Below the pieces are notes generated by a model. That model searched no databases. It had not been told where the DNA came from and saw only the letters and a list, made by a program, of their open reading frames with translations. 64,000 nucleotides of DNA from a virus. The stretch is from positions 1-64,000 of IMG/VR virus record IMGVR_UViG_3300021181_000008, one strand, 5' to 3'. Shown piece after piece: positions 54,801 to 62,261 of the stretch (the first letter of the stretch is position 1; each line of letters opens with the position of its first letter). Made by a program: the position numbers and the translations under genes.

Positions 54801-55410
54801 CGTGCCGAACATGAACGCTGCTTTCAACAGCACGTACACGGTGATGCTGGCGAACTACTCCTGGGACAACCCCAACGGCACCGCAGCGCGGCAGATCACC
54901 GTCACCATCAACCAGTACGCGTACCCTGGCGGCCCGCAGTCCAGCGTGCAGGTGTCGCGGTCGCTCGTTCCGTCTACCGATGTGGTGAACGGCCTGATCG
55001 GCTTCGGCGAGGTGACGCTGCCCATCAACGAGTACGCGGGCTACAACGACCAGTCGTACTTCACGGTGTCGATCCAGGACACCGATCAGAGCGACCGGTT
55101 TATGGACGTGCTTTTCCTTGATACGACCGGGCAGACTATCATTACGAACATAGATCCGGGTCAGGCTGCCTACGGGCAGTACGTGAACTACTTCTACGAC
55201 GAGGCCACTGCGGACCGCGACCTCGGATTCATGGGCGCGAGCTTCCAGGACCGACAGCACAGCGTCAGCGTCCTGCCGTTCACCAGCATCAGCGGCGGCG
55301 CGCTCTACATCACGCCCGGTGACAACCTGTTCATGACCTACTCGCCATCGGGCGCTCCGAATCTCGGAGTTCAGTACGCTCCCCGGTGGTTCCTGGATCG
55401 GACTAGCTGA
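48862..55410 (+). CDS. Giant distal-tail-like protein with LamG and Gly-rich insertions
   Basis: Follows tape measure; SNRTISLPI and terminal YAPRW; LamG motif WTH.AFTWDG..RLYVNG. Confidence 0.75.
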   Translation: MVAAYSGTGNYPYWLSIQGDGVHANPGMQGEQIPVTAGVSYTATAVAEFLALFNAGINLTLTFFSATNTQTGTVTANSGSMAAGAMVTWSTGATAAPASSVYAVCTVTAAGTPAAANTFAVFQAQVIDQNNVFVNFNYAFTYTAFPWTPTNTTNTVTWQYSPIIAQDSDSLVLSDTIEVMGGVQGVPSQIPFLLDSNGVGPTYRILAPPSMNSAAFGYEASYDLNAPQPTQDVVASMLLDGERPFGYRASNRTISLPIIIFGTVAGGMNQVLAAREYLMALIDQQTWQIKWTSADSGLPMVFDCFRALPSTPLYGFNYSQGGSASNSAIGKANYPIAMITLTIQALPYGRSDVDGIQDLAFAAPLLNKATPATAVTLDNYTVNTGGIRRVATGTVNSATSLAIPLTLGPVPKGDGVVVAVTAPNATGQTITCVDSRNNPYTLTKTEQNASAPATSLWVFTSPAIKNGLTPSVDSFTITTNNSQNMAANVMGVNGLASVDVAGTNGTTGSSASPAVSSNKSAESSTYCLALFSNNNTKVAGTPAGFTASVGNAINGSAEVAGFWNLGNGTNTQTATSSYSGSSPYAACMLVMAIAPGSTWNLESQYAAVAGTSAAHYATPIPMHMPWPAANYTGLFATPQSIVGLSTLSLWFGQAYDTQWPKDPKFISNVTLSWVLTDTSGRTLKFSSTTKSVTYGTTPTTPKWTQINTTIPQGSQKFSYDSVLSYTLSVSNWSGSGATGYVRMHCWLNQLVANPQTVANQISPRGTVYNLFGLPGSARAPINVQCQLPAAQQMVQEITSPATGNWVTPPGVYQVQAECFAGGGAGGSALSYDGFIALYQPLGWWKLSASAGDSSSGNHPGTGTSVTFSQVNSAVVGNDSTSFNGTSSEVNIPFQVSGLKRMTISGWINCNNVSEGAFASLIANANSASGDNSGWNMYISSTAPYTLTAAVGNGTTIGSASAASVIPATGWTHCAFTWDGATVRLYVNGLQVATAALTGALGLGKANKIGIGYNPESVSNFFAGLMQEFSILPTVLNAAQMLALANAGAAIGGGGGGGEYACEPVLNVMPGIAVPWSIGAGGQPAQISNTVVQFTNPGLSHWTCPPNVTQVLAEVWGAGAAGAAGGGGGGGGGYSQILQTVVPGTTYNLWCGNGGKPDTGTSSAQVASRAGQGSWFGPPGSTVGSQAFTSTLGGSSGITGGTSGGYGAVAPGHDAIGSIVWPGGRGGGSPGPAGGGGGGAAGLLGPGGVGGASPASSIGGKWVGAGTGGTGTGQGGNGGAGAPEPGFPVVGQAPGGGGGGGYTSVPLVTTTAASKATSSAAQVNYLGAAGANGMVQLTYSVNTNAATNGGATTFGTVPTTGTIVSANGGVAAAANSAAGAAGGSGSSNFIHNNGGMGALDLNTAQGSWMKSPAVSGVGTMQSLASTTYTTSVGTTSASSSSCALGAALVLIESSTFVGDIQVTDSAGNIYDLVDSAQAGASGTQCAVYAFTANIEFPITTSTTLTVSSNTSQQYGVLWFASPFMLAGADTANLNQNNGNGTTASGQFGITDTESVVYQVAVAVNDSTSAYTVANSNITWYPLASTNTVTAGVMRMDAFVMLNQAGGTGAANSGDTFSATLTTGNWAVLCVPMLAANQVDAMVTMDWKAGTTPGATTSWTSFANMSANGMIAVLGVCGSGSTITGGPSAMSDAAGNTYTLQETLTLPSNLGAMFAFTAPVTHAVSAGTTGSIAWGHASAAPEYTVYMWWLPNVVGLDANGVSGVTGAAATSGAATYTPRAAGDMAVSFVGNATTATQNFNDQTGPWNSMTKGGQAYLWGATYASQMVENNTMTSSPSWSASAPFGIINLGFTNVSIGGGGGAAGGPYGPGYPATTWQFGGPAYAGGGKGGQGAGNANAPGGGAGLPGGGGAGGYSGSLSSTPEIGGTGGAGMVRLTWEPPLQVFNSLIVHRPGQGATPNLCPICPIPITDIPNNTEYVMPSLVPNMNAAFNSTYTVMLANYSWDNPNGTAARQITVTINQYAYPGGPQSSVQVSRSLVPSTDVVNGLIGFGEVTLPINEYAGYNDQSYFTVSIQDTDQSDRFMDVLFLDTTGQTIITNIDPGQAAYGQYVNYFYDEATADRDLGFMGASFQDRQHSVSVLPFTSISGGALYITPGDNLFMTYSPSGAPNLGVQYAPRWFLDRTS

Positions 55411-58301
55411 TGGCCGCGCTTCCCCCGAAGAAGAATCTGGTCAAGAGCACGGCTCTCGCCAAGACGCAGAGCACGCTCGTCAGGCTGAACAACCTGATCC
55501 CGACCACCACCACAGTGCTGTCGCCGACCACGGTCTACCAGCCGGGCGCGAGCAGCGTGGGCAACGAGCTGTCCGGTCCTACCGCGTCGCTCCCGAACAT
55601 CGCTGGCTTCTACGGATCGTGGACCGCACCCGACCTGAACAACGGCTCGCCGTACCAGGTGCAGGTGGAGTGCTTCGGCCCGGGCGGCGGCGGCGGTGGC
55701 GGTATCTCCAGCACGGGCGGCGGCGGTGGCGGCGGTGGCGAGTACGCATGCGAGCCGTCCTACACCGTGTCGCCGGGCGTCACCTACACCTACCAGATCG
55801 GCCTGCCCGGCACCGGAGGCTGCAACAACTCCTCGACTACCGGCGCTCAGCAGGGCACAGCGGGCAGCCAGACGATCTTCGACCTCGCTGGGGTCGGTAT
55901 CCCTGGTGGCGTCGTCGCGAACCCAGGGTTGCCCGGAGACGCGGGCTCAACGGGTGCCGGCGGCCTTGGCGGCACGGGCTCGACGAACACCATGGCGTTC
56001 CCCGGCGGGCAGGGCGGCACCAACCTCTCCGGCCTAGGCTCTGACAACCCGATCGCCCTCGCCGAGACGTCCGGCATGTTCGCCGGCAACACCAAGAACG
56101 CGAACATCATCCGAGCCTGGTACATCTTCAACGACGGCCCGGATGAGACATTCGAGTTCAACGACTCGTCCACTTACCACCTGACCGGTACCGTCACGGA
56201 CTCCGGCAACGGCATCCACGTTTTGCAGTCGAACGCCCCCGCCCAGGTGCCCGCCTATACGCTTACTACTACCAACCCCCCTCACCAGCCTAACCCCACG
56301 CGGGCGGGGTGCTCCTCCCTGTGGAACGGCGCGGCCAACAACACGTACGCCGGCTACATGCAGGCCCCGACCTTCTCTTTTGCCCTCACCAAGCTGACGG
56401 TCTCCTGCTGGATCCAGTGCGACCCGACCGGTACCTGGGGCAACACTGCCGCCAACAGCATCGCAACTGTCGTGGCGAACTCCGCTAACTACGCGACGTT
56501 CGGGAACTTCAACGGCTACGGCATGTTCCTCAAGAACAACGGCAGTGCGTCCTCTCCGAACTGGACGCTGTACGTCAACTGGGGCAACGGCACCGCCGCC
56601 AACTTCACTGCGGTCGCGATGCCGCCGATCGTGGGCACCTGGTACTACATCGTCGCGACATTCAATAGCGGCACCATCACCCTGTACGTCAACGGCGTCA
56701 GCGTCGTCTCGGGATCAGCCGGATTCTCGTCGGTGCCCGCCGCATCATATGCCCAGCGCGTCGGAACTGACCCCACCGGCACCACCCAGTACTTCTTCGG
56801 CTACATCTCCAACCTGTGGTTCGCCCTCGACGCCGCTACCTCAGCGCTTCCGACTCAGGCATTCGGTTCCACGCCGGCCACAGGCGGTGCTGGTGGCGGG
56901 GCCTCTGGTTCGGCAGGCGGCGCGGGCGGGATAGGCGGCGCTCCGGCAGCCGGCGTAGGCGGGACAGGCGGCGCGGTCGTCGCGCTCCCCGCGCAGTACG
57001 CGTCCATCAGGGCACCAGGCAACGCCGGAGCCACCGGAGCGAATGCGGGAGCCTCCGGCAGCAACCTGACCTCTCTCGGATCGGGTGGCGCTGGCGGCGG
57101 GAACATGGCGGCGTCTCCTGCATCATTCTCACTGACCGTGCCGTTCGCGACTGCGGCCACCTACTGCGGCACCGACTCCAGCAGCCCCGGCGCGCTGTAC
57201 AACGCCAGCCAGCAGTCCGGCAACAGCGTGATCGTCACGGGCGGCCTCTCCAGCGACACGGCCTCAGGCTCAAAGAACACCCTCGTGCTGCTGCCCAAGG
57301 GAATCGCGACCTCGCTGGGCAACGGCAAGTGGACTATCCAGCAGATCACGCTGACGCTCACCAACTCCCTGCTGAGCCCTCTAGACACGGTGCTGGAGTT
57401 CGCCTACACCGCGGACACCACATTGCCGCAGAACTACACGGGCGTGAGCGCCGTCGAGTACGTGGGCGCTATCCCGCTCGACGCGGGCCAGAACACCGTC
57501 ACCTATGACCTGACCCAGAGCAATCTCGGCACGCTCATCCAGAACGGATCGTGCACCGCGCTGTGCTTCGGGCCGACCGACAACCCGACGTTCGACGCGT
57601 TCAACGCGAGCACCGGGGCTCAGTTCTACTGCCAGGTCTACGGCCCCGGTGCGGTGGACAACTTCGGCAACTCGCTCCAGCCGTACCTGACGATCGTGCT
57701 CCAGGAGACGCTCACCACCCAGCACGGAGGCAGGGGCGGCTCGGGCGGGATCAAGGTCACCTCGCTTACCAACGCCACGACTCCGGTTGCGGTAATCCAG
57801 CCCTTCGCCGGCACCGATGACGCAGGCAACGCATACACGACAGGCATCACTACCCAGGCAGTCGTGGCGTACAATCCAACAGCGGCAGCTCAGGTTCCGG
57901 GCAGCTTCACACCGGAGACTTGGCACAAGGTCACCACATTCGCCTCGGGCGTCGTTGCGTCAGGCAACGGGATCAACGGCTTCTACTACCGGCTGAACCC
58001 GGACGGATTCTGTGAAGCTGTGTTCGACTTGGCCTTGACCGCTATCGCCACGGCTACATCTATCATCGCCGCCTCAGTCATCCCAGCGCCTTACTGGCCG
58101 AACTCGTCCAACGGGGGCTACAACGCCGGCGCGATCAGCATGTACGGGACTGTGCCCTCCGGCACCCTGGGCGTACCGTACATAGAGGTCGGTAATACCG
58201 GAGCAATCGTCTACCGCTGGCAGGGTGCGGGTGCCGCCACGTGCGCCATCCTCGGGCACATCTGCTGGTGGCCAGGAACACTCGCTGACGGATCGCTTTA
58301 A
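55410..58301 (+). CDS. Gly-rich minor tail/fibre protein with LamG domain
   Basis: GGGGG loops, WYYIVATF...LYVNG. Confidence 0.75.
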   Translation: MAALPPKKNLVKSTALAKTQSTLVRLNNLIPTTTTVLSPTTVYQPGASSVGNELSGPTASLPNIAGFYGSWTAPDLNNGSPYQVQVECFGPGGGGGGGISSTGGGGGGGGEYACEPSYTVSPGVTYTYQIGLPGTGGCNNSSTTGAQQGTAGSQTIFDLAGVGIPGGVVANPGLPGDAGSTGAGGLGGTGSTNTMAFPGGQGGTNLSGLGSDNPIALAETSGMFAGNTKNANIIRAWYIFNDGPDETFEFNDSSTYHLTGTVTDSGNGIHVLQSNAPAQVPAYTLTTTNPPHQPNPTRAGCSSLWNGAANNTYAGYMQAPTFSFALTKLTVSCWIQCDPTGTWGNTAANSIATVVANSANYATFGNFNGYGMFLKNNGSASSPNWTLYVNWGNGTAANFTAVAMPPIVGTWYYIVATFNSGTITLYVNGVSVVSGSAGFSSVPAASYAQRVGTDPTGTTQYFFGYISNLWFALDAATSALPTQAFGSTPATGGAGGGASGSAGGAGGIGGAPAAGVGGTGGAVVALPAQYASIRAPGNAGATGANAGASGSNLTSLGSGGAGGGNMAASPASFSLTVPFATAATYCGTDSSSPGALYNASQQSGNSVIVTGGLSSDTASGSKNTLVLLPKGIATSLGNGKWTIQQITLTLTNSLLSPLDTVLEFAYTADTTLPQNYTGVSAVEYVGAIPLDAGQNTVTYDLTQSNLGTLIQNGSCTALCFGPTDNPTFDAFNASTGAQFYCQVYGPGAVDNFGNSLQPYLTIVLQETLTTQHGGRGGSGGIKVTSLTNATTPVAVIQPFAGTDDAGNAYTTGITTQAVVAYNPTAAAQVPGSFTPETWHKVTTFASGVVASGNGINGFYYRLNPDGFCEAVFDLALTAIATATSIIAASVIPAPYWPNSSNGGYNAGAISMYGTVPSGTLGVPYIEVGNTGAIVYRWQGAGAATCAILGHICWWPGTLADGSL

Positions 58302-58313
58302 AGGAGAAATGAA

Positions 58314-58625
58314 ATGACCGCAGTCAACACCGGACTGAGCCCGGCGCAGGTGCAGGGCCTTATCATCTCGGCGCTTCAGCAGCACCGTAACGCCTTGGCC
58401 CTGATTCAGAACATCTACAAGTGGACCTCCGGCCTCGCGGCGGCGGACTTCGCAACTGCGTCAGGGCTCTCGTCATCCGATGCCGTGGCGTACCTGTCCG
58501 CCATTGCGGACGGCAACGCTGAGGCGAACCTGCACTACACCGGGCAGCCCGGCGGCAGCTATCCCGCGCCCGTCGCCGACTACATCTATTCGGCCACTCA
58601 GGCGCAGGTCATCGGCCCGCAGTAA
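58314..58625 (+). CDS. Hypothetical protein
   Basis: AAAGGAG RBS. Confidence 0.7.
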   Translation: MTAVNTGLSPAQVQGLIISALQQHRNALALIQNIYKWTSGLAAADFATASGLSSSDAVAYLSAIADGNAEANLHYTGQPGGSYPAPVADYIYSATQAQVIGPQ

Positions 58626-58634
58626 GGAATAGTT

Positions 58635-60407
58635 GTGGCACTTGAACTTCTAAATGCAACACAGGTGTGCTCTTGGGCACCGCCGTTGCCGCAGCGCGCT
58701 TTCCAGATCACGAGCATCGGCGTGACCTCGGACAACATGCTGTTCGCCGGTTACAACACCAGCGGCAAGCGCTACAACTACGCGGTCCTCAACACCACGC
58801 AGTGGGGCACGGCCGAGGGATTCGCCACCCCGCCGATGACGCCTGGCGAGCAGTTCCAGCTCTGGACGGTGAATCCCTCGGGCTTTACCACATGGCCCGC
58901 GCCCCCGGCGTTCGGAACTGGCAGCGCGGTGCCGACCAACTCCAGTGCTGCCAGTGTGTGGTCGTACGCGCCCGAGCTGTTCAACGCCTACGGGCTGACG
59001 CAGAACCGAGAGGGTGAGGGCGCGAACACGCCGTTGGTCATGGCCGACTCCACGATGCAGTCCGTGGTGGCCGTCCAGCAGATCTCCAACGACTCCTGGT
59101 ACGTGTACTTCTCGCCGGGCACCAACGCCACCGTCCCGGCCAACACCAGCTCGATCGGCCTCGTCACCGTGCCCCGGCCCCACAGCCCCAAGTGGCTCGG
59201 GCAGATCGGCCACGTTAGCCAGGTTGACTACTCGTTCTCGATACCGGGCGGCCCCGACCAGTTCACCTGCATGCTGGCGGTCGAGCCGAACTACCGCACC
59301 GACGCGCTGAACCCCGGCCGGATCATCACCTGCCACCGCGGAGCGGCGTGCGTCTGGGAAGGGCAGCTCATCGAGCCGCAGGCAGCCGCCACCGGCTGGA
59401 CTCTCCAGGCCAACGGCGTCGGCACCTACGGCACGAACTTCGGTGCCTGGTGGCAGAGCAACGGCGGCAACACCAAGACCTCCAACGGCTGGACGGCCGA
59501 CGCCCCGATCGACTTCGCCATCGCCCGCGGGCTGCGCTGGACGAACTACGGCATCGGCAGCCCGGCGGGCATCTACCTCGGCCCGGTGCAGGACCCCGGC
59601 TCGTTGACGGTGACGGACTTCCTCAACCTGCTCTGCACGGGCGGCGCGCTCACCTGGGAGCTAGTGCAGCCTGCCGGCTCGGTGACCATGCCGCCCGCCC
59701 CGTGGGTGATCAAGGTCTACCCGCTGCCGACCGACTTCTCGGGCAACCCCCTCGTCGCGGGCACCACCTCGGTTGCGGCCTCCGGCGCTGCGGCTGCGGC
59801 CAACGGCAAGTGGGTGCGCACGGACACGATCGTCACCTCGACGCGGCGTCCGCCTGACCTGTACCTGGTCAACACGAGCCCGGTCAGCCGGACGATCAAC
59901 GAGGACATCAACACCGTCATCGTCTACTACGAGATCACGGCCGACAATACGGCCACCAGCAGCGCCACAGCGACCGCCGCGACCTTCGGCACGACCTTCG
60001 CGTCCATCCCCGGCTCCGTGTCCGCTCACGGGCGGCTGGAGTACTTCATCGACGTTTCCAACTCGGGCGCGATGACCAAGCAGGCGGCTGCCGCGATCGG
60101 GCAGAACATCCTCAACCAGTACATCCGCGCGAACTTCCAAGCCTCGTTCACCGTGCAGCCCGGCCAGCTCCTCAACATCGGCGGCCACCCGGTGGACCTC
60201 GGCTGCAACTGGAACGGCGCGATGTGCACGGTGCAGGTGGTCAACGAGGCGTTCGGCGGCGAGGTGGGGCAGGCTCCCATCACGTTCCTGATCGGGGAGT
60301 ACGAGTACAACGACGAGAGCCAGACCGCGCTCGTCACCCCGTACCAGAACGCCAAGACGGACATGGCATCGGTTGTCTCGGCGCTCTATCCGGGGCAGTT
60401 CGCGTAA
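58635..60407 (+). CDS. Minor tail (hub/Tal-like) protein
   Basis: PGG, VWEG motifs; position in tail module. Confidence 0.65.
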   Translation: MALELLNATQVCSWAPPLPQRAFQITSIGVTSDNMLFAGYNTSGKRYNYAVLNTTQWGTAEGFATPPMTPGEQFQLWTVNPSGFTTWPAPPAFGTGSAVPTNSSAASVWSYAPELFNAYGLTQNREGEGANTPLVMADSTMQSVVAVQQISNDSWYVYFSPGTNATVPANTSSIGLVTVPRPHSPKWLGQIGHVSQVDYSFSIPGGPDQFTCMLAVEPNYRTDALNPGRIITCHRGAACVWEGQLIEPQAAATGWTLQANGVGTYGTNFGAWWQSNGGNTKTSNGWTADAPIDFAIARGLRWTNYGIGSPAGIYLGPVQDPGSLTVTDFLNLLCTGGALTWELVQPAGSVTMPPAPWVIKVYPLPTDFSGNPLVAGTTSVAASGAAAAANGKWVRTDTIVTSTRRPPDLYLVNTSPVSRTINEDINTVIVYYEITADNTATSSATATAATFGTTFASIPGSVSAHGRLEYFIDVSNSGAMTKQAAAAIGQNILNQYIRANFQASFTVQPGQLLNIGGHPVDLGCNWNGAMCTVQVVNEAFGGEVGQAPITFLIGEYEYNDESQTALVTPYQNAKTDMASVVSALYPGQFA

Positions 60408-60421
60408 GGCACACTGGGAGT

Positions 60422-60727
60422 ATGAAACCCCCCTGGCGACGACCTCCTCGGGTCAGCCTACGGGCGCAAGTTGCCGCACTACAGAAGGAAGTAGCCAAGA
60501 TGGCCACTCAAGCAGACGTTGACGCTCTGACCGCTGCGGTCTCTGGCGTTTCCACCGACCTCGCCGCCGCCGTCACCAACATCCAGGCGGAAATCGCCGC
60601 GCTCCAGACCGCCAACCCGGCGCTGGACCTGTCCGCGCTTCAGACGGCAGTCTCCGGACTGGTCACCGTTCAGGGCACCGTGGACGCCCTGGAGACCCCT
60701 CCGCCGGCCGCGCCGCCCGCGAGCTGA
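60422..60727 (+). CDS. Small coiled-coil protein
   Basis: Heptad pattern; alternative start at 60500. Confidence 0.6.
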   Translation: MKPPWRRPPRVSLRAQVAALQKEVAKMATQADVDALTAAVSGVSTDLAAAVTNIQAEIAALQTANPALDLSALQTAVSGLVTVQGTVDALETPPPAAPPAS

Positions 60728-60738
60728 CCCTAGCAGCA

Positions 60739-60776
60739 CGAAGCCCCGGCCACATGGTGTGGTGCGGGGCTTCGTC
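60739..60776. terminator. Hairpin at the convergence of the two transcription arms
   Basis: CGAAGCCCCG...CGGGGCTTCG. Confidence 0.7.
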
Positions 60777-60781
60777 ATGTG

Positions 60782-60854
60782 CTGGCTAGGCTGGTCTCGA
60801 TCCAGCGACCTGCGGATTAACAGTCCGCTGCTCTGCCATCTGAGCTACTAGCCA
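60782..60854 (-). tRNA. tRNA-Asn(GTT)
   Basis: Full cloverleaf, TGGCTAG/CTAGCCA acceptor, anticodon loop CT-GTT-AA; atypical T-loop ATCGAGA; no encoded CCA. Confidence 0.88.
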
Positions 60855-60858
60855 CGGG

Positions 60859-60930
60859 AGACGGTACCCGGAATCGAACCGGGGTGACGAGGGTTGCAAT
60901 CTCGGGCCTCAGCCTCTCGGCCATACCGTC
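60859..60930 (-). tRNA. tRNA-Cys(GCA)
   Basis: GACGGTA/TACCGTC acceptor, U discriminator, TT-GCA-AC loop, TTCGATT T-loop. Confidence 0.88.
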
Positions 60931-60931
60931 G

Positions 60932-61002
60932 AGCGGGTAACAGGGGTCGAACCTGCGTAGCCTGCTTGGAAGGCAGGTGCCCATCCGTTAGGCCATACCC
61001 GC
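60932..61002 (-). tRNA. tRNA-Gly(TCC)
   Basis: GCGGGTA/TACCCGC acceptor, U discriminator, CT-TCC-AA loop, TTCGACC T-loop. Confidence 0.9.
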
Positions 61003-61007
61003 GTGCG

Positions 61008-61616
61008 TCACTTCTTGGGGGTGACGTTGTGCACCGTCAGCTTACACCCGTCGCTGTGCTCCCACGACAGCAGCGCGATGTAGAACTCGTACGTCGTCTC
61101 GCGCGACGGGTTGGCGGCCGGGTCGGCGGGCTTGGGCACCGGCCTGCCGGTCAGCAGCTCCAGCGAGGAGCACTCGTGCTGCACAACCTGATTGGTGTAC
61201 GCCCTGTCCTGCGCGGCGAGCTGCTGGGTGGCCGCGACGTCGTTCCGGAGCTGGTTGGCCACCGGGTGCGTCAGGTTCTCGTAGCCCAGGTAGCCGACGA
61301 GCGCTGCGAGCACGAGGCAGATCGCGACGAGCGCGCGACCCCACCACCTCGGCACCGACTTGGACTTGATCAGGCGCTCGACTTCCTGCTCAGCCGCCTG
61401 GGCTAGCCGGGACTCGCCGATGGCACCCTGATCACCACGGACTCCCTTGAACCCCTGGTTGCCTTGGTTGCCCTTCTCGCCCTTCTCACCGGGGCTGCCC
61501 TTCTCGCCCTTCGGCCCGCGCTCGCCCTTGCCGGTGAAGAGAGCAGACATCTCCGGAATCACGGGCGAATCGCGGAAATCGGGTGCGGAATCCGGGGTCT
61601 CGGGCGTCTCACTCAT
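61008..61616 (-). CDS. Membrane protein with collagen-like (G-X-Y)n repeat
   Basis: About 13 GXY triplets, one transmembrane helix, two C-terminal Cys. Confidence 0.75.
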   Translation of the reverse strand: MSETPETPDSAPDFRDSPVIPEMSALFTGKGERGPKGEKGSPGEKGEKGNQGNQGFKGVRGDQGAIGESRLAQAAEQEVERLIKSKSVPRWWGRALVAICLVLAALVGYLGYENLTHPVANQLRNDVAATQQLAAQDRAYTNQVVQHECSSLELLTGRPVPKPADPAANPSRETTYEFYIALLSWEHSDGCKLTVHNVTPKK

Positions 61617-62212
61617 GGGGTTTGCTCCTGGTTGCGGCGAATACGCGATAGTTCCATGGTACGCAACAGGATAGCGGCGTAGGTAGGTTCCCCATCGTAC
61701 ACCGTGAACCCTAGATCGACGCCGGGCCTCCAGGTCTTCACGGCGTTGAGGTAGCGGCGCAGTCTCAGGTCTTCGTCGGCGGTGAGCGTGTGCGCCATGA
61801 AGTGGTCGAGCAGCATGTCGAAGTCGGCGCGGTCAGGGTCGGGGTGGTGCAGGTTCTTGGCCATGTCCACGGCCAGCTCCTCAAGCGCTCGCCACACCGG
61901 GTCGATCTTGGTGTTCTGCATGACGAGCTGTGCTTCGATCGGCTTCAAGGCTCGGCCAATAAGTGAGTCGATGGTGACGGGCATCTGGTTGCACGTGGCT
62001 TCCAGAGCGAGGAGCCGGTTGTCCAGGGGCTGAAAGCCGTCCTTCACCGCCTGCGCTATCTCAATAGTACGCTCGGCCTTGGCTATGGCCTTGTCGTCCT
62101 TGTTGTGCGACCGTCGTGTCAGATGGACGCTGAACCACGCAGCCGCAGCCGCCGCAACCGTGCCTGAACCAAGGAAAATGTCGGTCCAGTTGATGCCGGC
62201 TGCGGCGGACAT
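61613..62212 (-). CDS. Membrane-anchored coiled-coil protein
   Basis: N-terminal hydrophobic helix; GGAG RBS; ATGA coupling. Confidence 0.7.
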   Translation of the reverse strand: MSAAAGINWTDIFLGSGTVAAAAAAWFSVHLTRRSHNKDDKAIAKAERTIEIAQAVKDGFQPLDNRLLALEATCNQMPVTIDSLIGRALKPIEAQLVMQNTKIDPVWRALEELAVDMAKNLHHPDPDRADFDMLLDHFMAHTLTADEDLRLRRYLNAVKTWRPGVDLGFTVYDGEPTYAAILLRTMELSRIRRNQEQTP

Positions 62213-62261
62213 GGTGCTCCAAAGTGGTAGACACGCTTACCACTCAGAGTACCGACACAGG

